DNA from: Lama guanicoe
Lineage: Eukaryota
Reading direction: 5' to 3'
Length of the DNA stretch: 64,000 bases
Assembly (NCBI GenBank): GCA_013239625.1
Contig: MU054032.1
Location: 620,001-684,000 of the forward strand
Positions 47,901-60,589 of the stretch are shown one piece after another. The translations under genes were made by a program, and so were the position numbers. Under the pieces are notes generated by a model, which was not told where the DNA came from, did no database searches, and worked only from the letters and a program-made list of their open reading frames with translations. Every line of letters starts with the position of its first letter. Within the stretch, counting starts at the first letter, position 1.

Positions 47901-48198
47901 TTTTTCCTGGATTCAGGATTATAGCTTTTGAGGGCAGGGAGAAAATAAGGGGATTTGGAGGAATGGGGGAGGGATCAGGGTTGTCGTTAATGTAGTGGCT
48001 TTATTGCTAGGGTTAATGAATGTCCCAAAAGAACTTGGGAAAACAAGGGAGATTGATTTACTCAATATATCCCCAATTTGATTATTTAACCTCTCTCTTT
48101 GTCCTATCCTTGCTCATTCCCACCTTGATACCTTTGTTACAGGCATCAGAACTTACCATAATGGCTGTGACCTAAAGTCCTCAGGAAGCCCCGGGGTC

Positions 48199-49608
48199 AT
48201 GGCCCAGAAGCACCCCGGAGAAGGAGGGTTGTGTGGAGCCCACCACAGTGGTGGTGCCTCCCTCAGGACTTTAGGACCCTCTGTGGACCCTGAAATACTT
48301 TCATTCTCAGGACTCAGGGACTCAGAGGGGCCTGCTCCTAATGGTACCCGCTGCCTCACAGAGCACTCTAGTCCTAAGTACACACAGCCCCCAAATCCAG
48401 CCCACTGGTCGGATCCAAGCCATGGCCTCCCGAGGGGTCCAGGACCCCCAAGGGATGGGGAGGACCCACATCAGTGTGAAGCATCTTCAGAAGAGTCAGG
48501 AGTGGACCAGGAACTCTCAAGAGAGAATGAGACTGGGCACCAGGAGGATGGGAACCCGTCTTTTCTTTCCATTCCATCTGCTTGTAACTGCCAGGGAACC
48601 CCTGGAATCCCTGAAGGGCCTTACTCTGAGGGAGGAGATAGCTCTTCTAGCAACTTTTGCCACCACTGTACCTCTCCAGCTTTGGGGGAAGATGAAGAGT
48701 TGGAAGAGGAATACGATGATGAGGAACCTCTTAAATTCCCCAGTGATTTTTCACGTGTGCCCAGTGGAAAGAAACCTCCACCCCGGAGACAGCGGCACCG
48801 AGTTCCAGCCAAGGAGGATACTCGGGAGGGTGGACGCAGGGATCCCAGATCTCCTGGTCGGCATCGGCTGGGTCGGAAACGAAGTCAGGCAGATAAACGC
48901 AGAGGCCTGGGATTGTGGGGAGCAGAGGAACTGTGTCAGCTTGGACAGGCAGGCTTCTGGTGGCTGATCGAACTGCTGGTATTAGTGGGGGAGTACGTGG
49001 AAACTTGTGGCCATCTCATCTATGCATGCAGGCAGCTGAAAGGCAGTGATCTGGACCTTTTTCGAGCCTGGGTGGGAGTTTGGGCAGGGCGACTTGGGGG
49101 CTGGGCCCAGGTGATATTCCAGCTTCTGAGCCAAGGGTCTTGCTATGGGGCAGGGCTGTTCACCCGTTTTCTTAGGCTACTGGGTGCTTTGATGCTTCTG
49201 GCCCTGGCCCTTTTGTTGGGCTGTCTACAGTTGGGTTGGCGGTTTCTGGTAGGACTGGGTGACCGTTTAGGCTGGAGGGGTAAAGCCACCTGGCTCTTCT
49301 CTTGGCTGGCTTCTCCCACCTGGCAACGGTGCCTGATTCTGCTGAGAGATAGCAGGCCATGGCAGCAGCTGGTAAGAATGGTTCAGTGGGGTTGGCTGGA
49401 GTTGCCTTGGGTCAAGCAGAGGACTAAGAGGCAGGGGAGTGCACCGGTAGCTAGTGGGCGCTACTGCCAGCCTGAAGAGGAAGTGGCTCGACTCTTGACC
49501 ATGGCTGGGGTTTCTGAGGATGAGCTAAACCCTTTCCATGTGTTGGGAGTTGAAGCCACAGCATCAGATGTTGAACTGAAGAAGGCCTATAGGCAGCTGG
49601 CAGTGATG
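48199..49608 (+). CDS. DNAJC14: DNAJC14 first coding exon (acceptor at 48143)
   Basis: 470 codons; donor GTGAGT at 49609. Confidence 0.96.
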
Positions 49609-52600
49609 GTGAGTACCTGTTCCCTGTTACCTGTTCTTTGTTCCCAAATTTTATTTTCTATTACGGTTTTAGGGAGAGCAGAATAAATGGAAGGCAGAGT
49701 AGAAAGTCAATCTGAAGATTAGTATGTTTAATCCTTAGGAAAGAATTAGACTTTTTCCCCTGTACTATGGGATCTGACTTTACCTTCATTTAAAGCTTTT
49801 TGTCATGAGATTCTTTCTTTTAAATGAATATATAAATAATTGAGCCTGGGGTATTAGAGTGTTGGACTCACTCACCCTGGAATAACCAGGTGAAATCCTT
49901 CTGAGCAGGGTGGAGGCCTAGTCAGGAAGCCTGTCAGTTTCTCTCCCCTGAACAAATGAGGGTTTTTAAAATACAGGGAAATCTATGTGGCCCAGTAAGG
50001 GAAATGTGGACTAGTTGGGGAAGGTTCAGGGAATACATGTGAGTAATTATTCCAGGGCCAGGTGAAAGAAAACAAGCTTTTTCAAAACTAGCAACCCAAC
50101 TTTTCCCTAAGTGGGAAAGGGAAGAAGAATGGGACATAAATCATATAGAGGCATGTGCATATATATGTCATATATGAAAATATGGTTGCTTCAATTGTGA
50201 CTTACCATATGCTTGACAGAAATGGTTTAATATAAGCATGAGATCAAATTGTTTTTAGAAGTAGATATTAGGTTGCTGTTTTTAGATGTGATTGTTACTG
50301 ATATTTCCATACAAGTAAAACTGTATTACGAATATAAGTAATGTGTGTAAATTGCATTGGAGGCCTATTTGAGTGTATGGAACTTGACTGGTAAAATATT
50401 ACAGTGTGCAAATTACTTCAAGAGTTGCATGACACCAAAGAGGAATGGGCAATCAAAGTTTCCATTAACCATTCAAGGCACAATAAAGTAACTTACCAGA
50501 GGACTAAATTAGTTAAATAAGAAATGTATGCCCCTTAGTGGATAGCCAGGGATATTCTGAGTGGGGAACAATGCTTACACTCAGATTGTTACTAACGGTA
50601 GAACTCTTTTTCTCAAATTCGTGTCTTGTAGCAGATGTCTTCTCTTGGGAAATACCGTTCAAAAATTCTCATTTTCAACTTACTTTCTTGGAGTAGAGAT
50701 AGTTGTTCCCTGATCCTCAGTAGACCTGCCCCACACCTCAAAGTTCTCCCCCTTTTCTGGGCCAGAGTTACTGTGGGCTTCTTTCATACCTCTCACTGCC
50801 CTTGTTAGGCCCTAAAGTACCATGACCCACATTCTATGAGCTTGGGAATTTGAGAGATTTAACAGCATTCTGTTTATTTGGCATCAATCAAGAGACCAGC
50901 TTTCTCTCTAGTTGGTGAATGAGAATGGGAACAATCAGGAAGCTGTAGGAAGTGAGGATTTACTTGTCTTGGAGAAAAGGCTGAAAAGTGGATAAAAAGC
51001 CTGTGAGGATCATGGTATGTTACCGCATTTCTGGGACAGAAAGGCAAACTACTGTAGGAGGTTTTGAGTAGATCAGAGAATTCCCTAGTTAGAAAACAAT
51101 GAGTCTGAGGATGTAGTATTGGTGGAACTCTATGACTGACAATAAAGTTAAAATGTGAAGGTTTAGTATGTGTGTGCCAGGTAGGGTGACCAACCATCCC
51201 TGTTTGCCTGGGGTTGAAAGGTTTCCCGAGGCATGAACTTCCAGTGCTAAAACTGGGACAGTCCCAGGCACACTGGGATCACCACAGCACTTGATTCTGT
51301 GACATATGCTTCACGTGTATTCTCATTTAATACTCCCAACAATCCATGAGAGAGAAAATATTCTAGGTCATATAGCCCATAAGCGACAGAGCTGGGCCTC
51401 AAACCCAGATCTGTCTGCAGAGCTGAAGCAATTAACCATTAAGCTGTACTGACTCTCCAAAAGGGTGGTGAAAGAGAACCCTTTGATATGAGGTTATTTT
51501 GACTCAAGACGGGGAGAGGGTTGCAATGGATTTGTAATGAAATCTTTGTGTCGGTAGGTTCATCCTGACAAAAATCATCACCCCCGGGCTGAGGAGGCCT
51601 TCAAGGTTTTGCGGGCAGCTTGGGACATTGTCAGCAACCCTGAAAGACGGAAGGAATATGAGATGTAAGTTGGGGCTAGGAAATTGTCAGGTTGGGTAAA
51701 TGAACAATCTTCAATAACAGAGATCCCTAGACTTGTGGATGGAGGCTCTCCGAGGCAGAGAGAACTGAGGTGGCTTGTGTTTCTAGCTGGCCAGGGGCCT
51801 TTGTCCCTCACTCGATACCCTGACTTACAAAGCCTTTCTTCTCTTAGGAAACGAATGGCAGAGAATGAGCTGAGCCGGTCAGTGAATGAGTTTCTGTCCA
51901 AGCTGCAGGATGACCTCAAAGAGGCAATGAATACTATGATGTGCAGCCGATGCCAGGGAAAGCATAGGTATGAAATAGGACAGGAATGGGACAGCCACAG
52001 CTTAGGAACTGGGTAGCCAAAAACCTTCCTTGTGAGTATTATTGGTAGTTATGTGATACAGATGGTAAAAAGAGTAGAAGGACCCTGAGGTTTTTACTTT
52101 TGCCATATTGTCAAGAGATTGAGAATTTGAATTAGCAAGAAGAAAAGATAACATTTCTAGCTGTAAGGTAGAAGGTTGAGGGCAGGGTGTATGTGGGCAT
52201 ATGTAACAACTGATCATTGTTACATATGGAGATCATTTTAGCTGTTGCAGCCATATTTGTCAGTAAGGATGAGACTACAGCAGTGCCCTAAGAAGGCTTC
52301 ACGAATTATTAAGGAACTGTCCTTATGTTTGGTTTTAGGAGGTTTGAAATGGACCGGGAACCTAAGAATGCCAGATACTGTGCTGAGTGTAATAGGCTGC
52401 ATCCTGCTGAGGAAGGAGACTTCTGGGCAGAGTCAAGCATGTTGGGCCTCAAGATCACCTACTTTGCGCTGATGGATGGAAAGGTGTATGACATCACAGG
52501 TATACTTCTGCCCTCTAGAAGTCTGGGCTCATACATCCTCAAAACTGTGATATTTTGGCTAATTATCTCTCATGCTTGCAGAGTGGGCTGGATGCCAGCG

Positions 52601-53106
52601 TGTGGGAATCTCCCCAGATACCCACAGAGTCCCCTATCACATCTCATTTGGTTCGCGGATGCCAGGCACCAGTGGGCGGCAGAGGTAGGTGGTATTTCTC
52701 TCAATAATCTATCCATTCTTCTCATTCTGAATATGGTTTCAAATGACATGCTGTTTAGGACATGTAGTCGTGTCACCTTTAAGAAGTTCGGGGACTGACT
52801 CAGAATTATCTTTAATGTACGTATAAATAGGTAACATGGGTAACCATTTGACTGCAGTATCTCTTGCCTCATCATGCCTTCTGTTTTCCTCTCAGAGCTA
52901 CCCCAGATGCCCCTCCTGCTGACCTTCAGGATTTCTTGAGCCGGATTTTTCAAGTACCCCCAGGCCAGATGTCCAATGGGAACTTCTTTGCAGCTCCTCA
53001 GCCTGGTCCTGGGGCCACTGCAGCCTCCAAGCCCAATAGCACAGTACCCAAGGGAGAAGCCAAACCCAAGCGGCGGAAGAAAGTGAGGAGGCCCTTCCAA
53101 CGTTGA
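48199..53106 (+). CDS. DNAJC14: DnaJ homolog subfamily C member 14 (DRiP78/Jiv); join(48199..49608,51558..51664,51848..51967,52339..52499,52582..52684,52896..53106), 703 aa
   Basis: MAQKHPGE..., hydrophobic segments, J domain (NPFHVLGV...[14 protein letters not shown]), Jiv zinc motifs CSRC/CAEC, C-terminus [12 protein letters not shown]; 2112 nt in frame. Confidence 0.97.
51182..51284 (+). mobile_element. hAT-Tip100 (MER96-like) MITE fragment
   Basis: TAGGGTGACCAACCATCCC...AAAACTGGGACAGTCCCAGGCAC. Confidence 0.6.
51558..51664 (+). CDS. DNAJC14: DNAJC14 coding exon 2 (HPD motif)
   Basis: [35 protein letters not shown]. Confidence 0.95.
51848..51967 (+). CDS. DNAJC14: DNAJC14 coding exon 3
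   Basis: [15 protein letters not shown]...[10 protein letters not shown]. Confidence 0.95.
52339..52499 (+). CDS. DNAJC14: DNAJC14 coding exon 4
   Basis: [19 protein letters not shown]...VYDIT. Confidence 0.95.
52582..52684 (+). CDS. DNAJC14: DNAJC14 coding exon 5
   Basis: [33 protein letters not shown]. Confidence 0.95.
52896..53106 (+). CDS. DNAJC14: DNAJC14 last coding exon
   Basis: [18 protein letters not shown]...RRPFQR*. Confidence 0.95.
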
Positions 53107-53962
53107 CCCCCCCCCTTCTCTTTCCTCAAATCAATGTCAGGGAGTCAAAAGGGCTGTGTATAGCACCTGATGGAGTTTGATTTGTTTATTTTTAAATATT
53201 TTAAAAAGGGAAGATTTTAAGCTCAAATCGTTCACTCAATATTTGTAGGAAGCCCTGGAACCACTCTCCCTCCTCCATCAGCACCCAGGAACTGAATCTT
53301 GTCTTCTGACAATACCAAAGAAATTGAGGGTGGCTAGAGCAAAGAACCTAAGGGCCTGGATCTGGACTGGACAATATCTCCCACAGTAGTGTGGGAACTG
53401 GGTATTTCCCTGAGGTCTGTATGCCTTTGTTTTGTCCTTTGCTTCTATGGCAGATGACACTTTCTCCCCTTTTTAAACTACAAGTCTTATCTTTTTTCTT
53501 GACCCATTTGAGGAGGGAGCCCCCCTCCCTTGCCCCAATATACTAGTAAAAAAGAACAAGAAAGCATGTAAGCCTCATTATAGGACATACAGAGTTCAGA
53601 GTGGCAACTCTCACCTTGTGGGTAAGCATCCAACTTCATGCTTGTTGCAGGGATGGCCAAAACTAGTAACTTTTAAAAAGCAGATTCATGCCCTCTGCCC
53701 TTGGGTGATGGGGAAGGATAAAGAGGTTCCCGGCAGCCCCCATATGATCCAAGGGTTTGTATTTTTTTAAGTTTGTTCATATTTGTATGTACATATCTAT
53801 TTAAAGCCAGGGGATTATCTTTCTATAAATATGTAACTGGCAACCTGTATCTGCCCTCTCTTCTTTGCCCATATAGCTGGAGCCCTTTTTTTCATTTGAG
53901 AATCTTTTCCATACTGTTAGCTGAGAGTGAAGGGCACCTCCTACTGGACCAAGGGACAGGGG

Positions 53963-53968
53963 ATTAAA
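53963..53968 (+). terminator. DNAJC14: Probable DNAJC14 polyadenylation signal (ATTAAA)
   Basis: Variant hexamer about 860 nt after the stop. Confidence 0.5.
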
Positions 53969-54098
53969 AAAAATACCTTAGAGAATTTTATACTTCTCTA
54001 AGTAAGTCACTGTTGCATCTTTCTTCCCCAGCCTTATGAAGACATCTCCTTACCCCTCCTGCTGATCAGATTGTAGCCATATCTGAAAAAAGTGTATC

Positions 54099-54104
54099 TT
54101 TATT
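54099..54104 (-). terminator. ORMDL2: Probable ORMDL2 polyadenylation signal
   Basis: TTTATT on the + strand, about 345 nt past the ORMDL2 stop. Confidence 0.6.
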
Positions 54105-54446
54105 ATAAGGAAAATACACAACAAAACAGAGCTGGAAGGCAGTGGGAATGGATAATATGGAAAAACTTATAATCAACCAAAAAGCTGCCCAAACATGGCT
54201 TCCTGCTGTGGAGAAGAGTGATTTGGCCCTTACCTCACCTGTCTTTCATGATTCAAAGAAACCTGCTCCTAGCAGGGCTGAGCCAAGGGCACCCATTTTC
54301 CAGTGAAATTTTGGGAATGTTTGCAGTTCCAGTGCGAGTTTGGGAAAGGCTGTCTAGTTCTCAGGCTTTCAAGATAAAGAAGACAGTATGATGGAAGGAG
54401 AGGGATGTTATAGCCCTTGTTCCAGTGTTGTCCCTGGCTCCATCCC

Positions 54447-54582
54447 TCAGTATTTGTTGATGCCAAAGAGCCGAACCCCATGGAATTGCGGCAACTTAGG
54501 CAGCAGTACGCTGAGCAATGAGGCTGTGTTGATGAGGAAGTGAGCAGCATCATACTTGGTGTAGAAGCTGGCCAGGAGGTAG
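54447..54582 (-). CDS. ORMDL2: ORMDL2 last coding exon
   Basis: [19 protein letters not shown]...GINKY*. Confidence 0.95.
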
Positions 54583-55674
54583 CTGGGGAAGAGAAGAAAT
54601 AGGTTGAATCAAGTTGGCCTTCCGTATCAGGCCTTTCCAGTGACGTCCTCTTCTATTTTAAATGACCGGTTTTACTGTAATCCTAGGATATCTGAAAATA
54701 TTCCAGCTATATTAACTATTTACTTTGGTGTTGGGCAGATCATCAGATAGCACCTTTAACTGGAGATTTATAAATTAGTGTTTTTTTTTATTGTTAATGA
54801 CACAGCAAATGACAGCTGAAGCAATTTCAGCCTGTATGACTGTTAGATTCCTTTTTGCTTCCATTTCTCAGTCAGTTTTCACAGTTTTACGTCAGTTCTG
54901 CTTTTATTTATTCACTTCTTTTGGAAGTGTACAACAATTTGTTTTATTATATGTTTTATCTTTTCTCAGTCCCTTCTCCATTCCCCTACCACCAAGGAGG
55001 CAGCAAGTAATGCTTGATTACTGTCTTCTATTTTTTACTGTTCTCCCTAGATTTAGACCCTAGGATACTATACTGTCTTCACAGGGTCTAAGTGAGTAGT
55101 AGTCTGCTTTTTTAAAGCTTCCCTGTGGGCCTTTGTACCTGGCTCTTGAAGCATCTCCCATATCTCCCCCTGGACTCACAGTACAATAGGAGAGATGCTG
55201 AGGAATTTGCGGGAAGAGGTAAATTGGAGCCCGTAGTCCATCTGTTCCCAATGTGTCAGTAGCCGAGCCTTTCCTTGGTCAGGGGTCTCAAAGGGTGTTC
55301 CTTTTACCGTATGTAGAAAGACATACATAGCCTGGGAGGAGGGGAGGGGGCAGTGTGAGGAGGGCAGAAAGAAGTCCTTCAGCCCAAGAAGTATGCTTAG
55401 ATCCCAGAAGGAAGAGCGAAATCCCCAAATAATTGGTGGTTTTATTTTGTTTTTGGTTGGTTAAGGCCTGGGGTGGGTAAGGGCATGGGTTAGTGCTCAC
55501 CAAGTTATGGATGACGTTGGTCAAGGTCCAGACAACAGGAATGCTGAAGAAGGGGATGCTGAGTAGAACCACATGCAGCAGTCCTACCAAGATGATGTAG
55601 GCCAGCCAGATGCCCCGGCTATTCAGCACTCGAGTGTTGGGGTTTACTTCGCTGTGTGCCACCCCCACATTCAT
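54447..55674 (-). CDS. ORMDL2: ORM1-like protein 2, serine palmitoyltransferase regulator; complement(join(54447..54582,55180..55331,55501..55674)), 153 aa
   Basis: [34 protein letters not shown]...[28 protein letters not shown]...[12 protein letters not shown]; exons 174+152+136 nt. Confidence 0.97.
55180..55331 (-). CDS. ORMDL2: ORMDL2 coding exon 2
   Basis: [21 protein letters not shown]...ISPIV. Confidence 0.95.
55501..55674 (-). CDS. ORMDL2: ORMDL2 coding exon 1
   Basis: tag|G ATG at 55674; ends ...VIHNL|gtgagc. Confidence 0.95.
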
Positions 55675-56199
55675 CCTACCACAGTGGGGGATCAGGCAGG
55701 AATCCAACTTAATTTCCTCTCAACCCCTCTTTGAGTCTGTTCCTCCAAGTTGTCTCCTGAATAGCCAAAATCCCCTGAACTCTATTGGGAAGGAAAGAAC
55801 TTCCCCAAAATGCACAAAAGAAAAACTGCAGACTTGAGGGAGAAAACTAGAAGGCAATCTTTCTTCTGATTCTTACACTTAACTGTAACTTGAAGGCTTA
55901 AGCCTAGTACTTGCTTAAAGGAGCAATGGAAACAAATGCCTCACTTTACTTTCCTGAAGAAGTTAATAAAGAACCTTGAAGACGTTAACGTACACCCAGA
56001 ATTTCAGAAGAGGAACATGGGAAACAAGGAACCACTAAGGAGGGATATGGGGTAGAACTACCTTTTCTCATCTAATCCCCACCTTTTCCTCTGGGGTTCG
56101 CCCGTCCTGTCATCTCCTTGGCATGTAAACAGGCAGTGTCTTTCTCTCAAGCGTGAGGCGCTGCAAGAATGCACCTAGGGCTTTTGGATTTAACTAGGA

Positions 56200-57550
56200 A
56201 AGGACATGAGCTACGCGTCTCGAGAGATGAAGTCCTACTCCCGACTCCAGGGGCGGCTCTGATAGTCTGAACTTGGCCCTTTAAAATCGTGTTAGCCCAG
56301 AAGTTGATGCCCAGTTAGGAAGCAGCTCTTGCCCGCCCTCTACCTAAAATTCCCTAAACACTGGTATTGAGCCCGCCCCTTGCTCCTCCCAGCTCCCCTC
56401 TCTCCTTCATCGGCTCCCCTCAGGGCTCTCTTCAGCTCTCCTCTCTCGGTCTTTAGCTCGCCGCTGCTCCACCCACGCCCCACTTTCGCCTCCCACCTTT
56501 TTTCTTTGGCACCCCTTTTCAGTTTCCTGGTACCCCTACCTGCCAACTTCGGAAGCCCGTCCGACTCGGGGCGCGGCGCTGCTTCTACACCTGCGGTCTC
56601 CAGGAAGCAGCCGCCCCGGCCCATCTGCGCGCAGCCTACTGGTGGAGCAGAGTCAGGGCTGCCACCACCCATTGGCTACCTGTCTCCAATCGGACGCACA
56701 ATTGGTCACCATTTCCGTCGATCGGAAGGTCCCGAACCCGCCCTTCTCCTAGTCCCACCTTTCGAGAGAGGTGGGGAAAGCATCTAACTGGAGAGAGGGC
56801 GACGCCAGCTATCGACTAATGAGAAGAGTTGATGGTAGGAGGCGGGAGTAAGGGCGGCAGCGATTGGCGGGCTGTGGCTGTCGGCGCCGAGGCGGGAGCT
56901 CCCGGAGACGGAGGCAGCGGGTGGGGGCCTGGCCGAGTGGAGGGGTAACAAGATGGCGGCCGAGACGGTGGAGCTCCATAAGCTGAAGGTACCGTGAGGG
57001 GGGAAGGGCCGGAGCGGACTTCTCCGGAGACTGAATTCTGCCGAGTGGCTTGCGCCTTTTCCTGCGTGTTCTCCTTGAGGGCTCTTCCACTTCGTTTTCC
57101 GGCTACTACCGTAGTTCTTTTCTTTTGTGCCTCCCTTCCTCCCCATTACGCCTTCCCTAATTTTCTATTTCTTCTCCCAGTTTTACTGTATCTTTACTTA
57201 TTATTTTGGCCCCTTCCTCCACCTTTGTTGTCCGTCACTTCCCCGCCGGGTTGTGTAAGTGCCTTCAACCTGTTCCACTCCCTTTTCGTTTCTCGTCAGA
57301 CTGCATTACGTCAGTTGTCTCCTCCTCTTGGCCCGTGCGGGACCCGGGACCCCCTTTTCTCCCTTGGGTTGATGCTTTTTTTGTCTCTTGTCCAAAACTG
57401 AGCTTCCCGTTAGCAGATTATGGCACCTTCGTGTTTTTCTGCCCATCCAGGTCTCAAACTTGATACAGAAAATGCTTCCACTCCCCGTTTTTAGGTGGGG
57501 TGATGCCCCCGGGGCGAATTTTGAAACCCGAGGAGAGGCCTCCGAAGATA
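56200..57550. promoter_or_regulatory. Bidirectional CpG island promoter, ORMDL2 (-) / SARNP (+)
   Basis: CpG-rich; CCAAT/ATTGG boxes at 56671, 56686, 56701 and 56863; YY1 motif CAAGATGGCGGCC over the SARNP ATG; candidate ORMDL2 exon-1 donors at 56344 or 56540. Confidence 0.8.
56953..56988 (+). CDS. SARNP: SAP domain-containing ribonucleoprotein (CIP29/Tho1), coding exon 1; remaining exons beyond the window
   Basis: ATG GCG GCC GAG ACG GTG GAG CTC CAT AAG CTG AAG|gtaccg = MAAETVELHKLK; head-to-head with ORMDL2. Confidence 0.9.
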
Positions 57551-59689
57551 GGCCTCTGTGTAGAGGCCTGGGCTTTAGAGACCTTAAGAATTAGTAAAGG
57601 CACAGATACCCTAGATTGAAAAGTTTTTCGATTTCTCTCACGCGGTTCTTTGCCCGCCAGCCTTGCCCCCACCACCAGGGAGCAACTTGCTCAGAGCTGT
57701 GATAGTTTGGAAAAACATTTCCAAGATTAGGGTTATCTCTGTCCCATTTCATATCGCGGATGGACCCTGCATCTCTTGGTGTCACCACTGGGTGACACTC
57801 AACCACAAAAGCGGTTTGGAGTTGTGTCTTGGAAATCTTGGTAGCTTTTTTAAATTTAGATTATTGTTTTCCTGGAAGAAAAGAGTAGTTTCTTTTAGGG
57901 TGAATTAATAAAATATCTCTATTAGATGTCCATTCGTGGTTTCACAAGTAGTTTTCCCATCACATGTTTTGGTCACGCCCTGGGAGCCTTTGACAAACCA
58001 AGGTGGTGTAGCCCAAGCTGAAAACTTACCCTTTAAAGCTTGATGAGCCTTTAAAAAAAAAAAAGAGCATAAGGAGATTAAGGCTAGGGAGAGGTCCTTT
58101 TAGTCACTTACTAGTTGACACCAATTAGCCTTTCTGTGAAAGCTGATAGATTTCTTACTCTTGTATTCTAAACTGGCCTAGTGGATTTTTGTGTTATCCT
58201 GGAGTTACTGTTAACTTGGTGGTCCTGAAAGGTGTAGATTGTATCAGTGCTCTCCAAGTAGGATGGCAAGTAAAAAAAGTTGAGCAAACACCTCCATTAT
58301 GTGTATACTTACTTATATAAATTATGTACTGTCTTGTTATGTATGTTATAAAATATACACAGAAAAGGAACTTTTGAATGAATGAGATAAAAAGGAAATG
58401 TGAATTTCTAATTTTTCTTCCTAGTAGTTCCGTTTTTGAAACCCCTAGAGTAAGTACTAGCCTAGTGACTTGTCTTTATGGATTTTGTTGGTTTATGGAG
58501 TTCCACCTTCCATAAAAATCTGTATTTGTCAGGTCTATATTAAATTTCGTTTTGATTGGGAAATGTCCTCTGACCTGATTTCAGGTGTTATAGTCTAAGA
58601 GAACATGAGACAGTCCTGACAGCCTAAAAGGGATTCACTCTTTTAATCATATTTGCTTGTTTTTGCTTTTTCTCTAGAGCACTTCTTAACCTTTTGGAGG
58701 TCACAGATATCTTTGAACTCTGATGAAAGGTATGGACCCTCTCCCCAGAAAAAGGCATGTACATACACTTTGCATGCGATTTAAGGGGCTTTATAAAACT
58801 ACCTTGTAGCCCTGAGGAGTCCATGGACCTCTGGTTAAGAACCCATGCCTTTAATTCTGACTTCCAGGATGGTTAATGTTTGGTTCCACTGTTGAACCTG
58901 GTGGAGTGATCCTGACTTTTGGGTTGACCTAGTGTTTGTCTCTTTAAAAAAAAAACAACAAAAACACAACTTTCTATTTTTCTAAAGAGAATTTGAGGGC
59001 TTTAGTATAGGATCTCAGAGGAAAGGTACAAAGTTTGAAGTGGGAAGGAAACATAATACCTGTCAATTGATACGTAAGTCCACATCAACTGTAAATTTCT
59101 GAAGATTCTGTAGAAATGCAGTCATTCGAACACAGTTGGAAAGAGAGACTGAATTGTGGGTAAAAATGCTCTGAACTGTAATAGTAACAGATTTCCAATC
59201 CAGGATGAAAAAAGGGACTACAGAGAAGAGGAGAACAAGAAGGGTATATTAGTGTCAAGAGTGTTGAGAACAGTGAGACATTTGTGATACTGAAGCGTAA
59301 AGTGCATATATGTTTGTAGTTGAAGATAGTTTGGAAAGTAAAGTAGGTGAACTGTGTCACTGGAGGTAGATTGGATTGATACTGAAAAGGACCTTTTAAG
59401 TTGTGTACAGTGTTTGGTTTTTGTCACGTAGGCAGAAAGTGGAGAGCCTTTGGGATTTTGAAAGGAGGAGCTGATGTTATCAGTTTGTGTTCTTTTAGCA
59501 TTAAGAAGGATGGGGTCTGGAGAGGAAGATATTTCATCAGTTAGATTTTTATTATAGAAGTCACTCCCCTGCTTAAAACGTTTTAATTATATCTCTGCCA
59601 ATCTCTCCAGCTTAGTTTCTCACATTCCAAGCAAAGTGGCTTTATTTCATTTCTCAGAATGGCTGTGTTCATTAATTGCTGACATTTAC

Positions 59690-59915
59690 ATAATATTTAC
59701 TATGTGGCAAACGCTGGTCAAAGCTGTTTTTACATGTTAACTGGTTTAATTCTCACAGTAATCCTATAAGGTGAATGCCTGTATTGTTCCCATTTCAAAA
59801 AATGGAAGCTCAGAGACGTTGGATAACTTGCCATAGGTCACACAGCTAATAAATGGTAGCTCACATCGAGGCAATCTGTTTCCAGAATTCATGTTTTTAA
59901 TCACCGTGCATGACT
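59690..59915 (-). mobile_element. MIR SINE
   Basis: ttaattctcacagtaatcctataagg...cccattt...ggaagctcagagacgtt...aacttgccataggtcacacagcta. Confidence 0.7.
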
Positions 59916-60589
59916 GCCTCTCCTTAGCTTAGTACCCAGAACCTTTACATATGCTTTTGGACTCAGTGCTCTTGCTACTCCCATCCCCCATACCTTTGTT
60001 GAAATAACTGTTAGTTGTCCTTCAGATATCAGTCAAACATCATTTATCCAAGGAACCCTTAGGTAGGATGGGTTCCATCCATCCACACACAAGGTCAGGC
60101 CACCTTTTAAATGCTTTTATACTATAGTTCTTTTTTTCATCGGTTAAACATTGTATGATCATTGATTGTCTTGTTTCCTACTAGATTGTAAGCTCCATGT
60201 GGGCAGGAACTTTCTGTTTTGTTTATGATCATTTTCTTGTATCTAAGATAATGCTTGACACACAGTGGGTACTCAGTAACTATTTGTCAAGTGAATAAAC
60301 ATAGTAAGACCTGGAAAAGGTAGTGGCTTTTAGAATAGGAATGAATTTGAAAGAAATTTGGGATATAGAATTATAAGTACTTACAGATTAGCTAGATGTG
60401 GGAGGAATGAAACATGACTCCAAATAGTGATACTTTTAGTCTAGGTTGGGAGAAGAAGCCAGTTTTGTGCAGGAGAAGAAAAGTTCAGTTTGGGGTTTAA
60501 GTGTCTTTGAGACAGGACCTTGGAGATATTTAGTAGTCATTTGGAAATGTGGGGTCTCCTGCTCAAGAGCTGAGAGCTGATCAAAGTTT

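Noticed and set aside
49609..49686. C-terminal extension of the 495-aa DNAJC14 ORF (VSTCSLL...)
   Set aside because: Read-through into the intron past the GTGAGT donor; the J-domain HPD motif continues at 51558.
52570..53100. 176-aa minus-strand ORF
   Set aside because: Antisense to DNAJC14 exons and runs through an intron; no recognisable protein.
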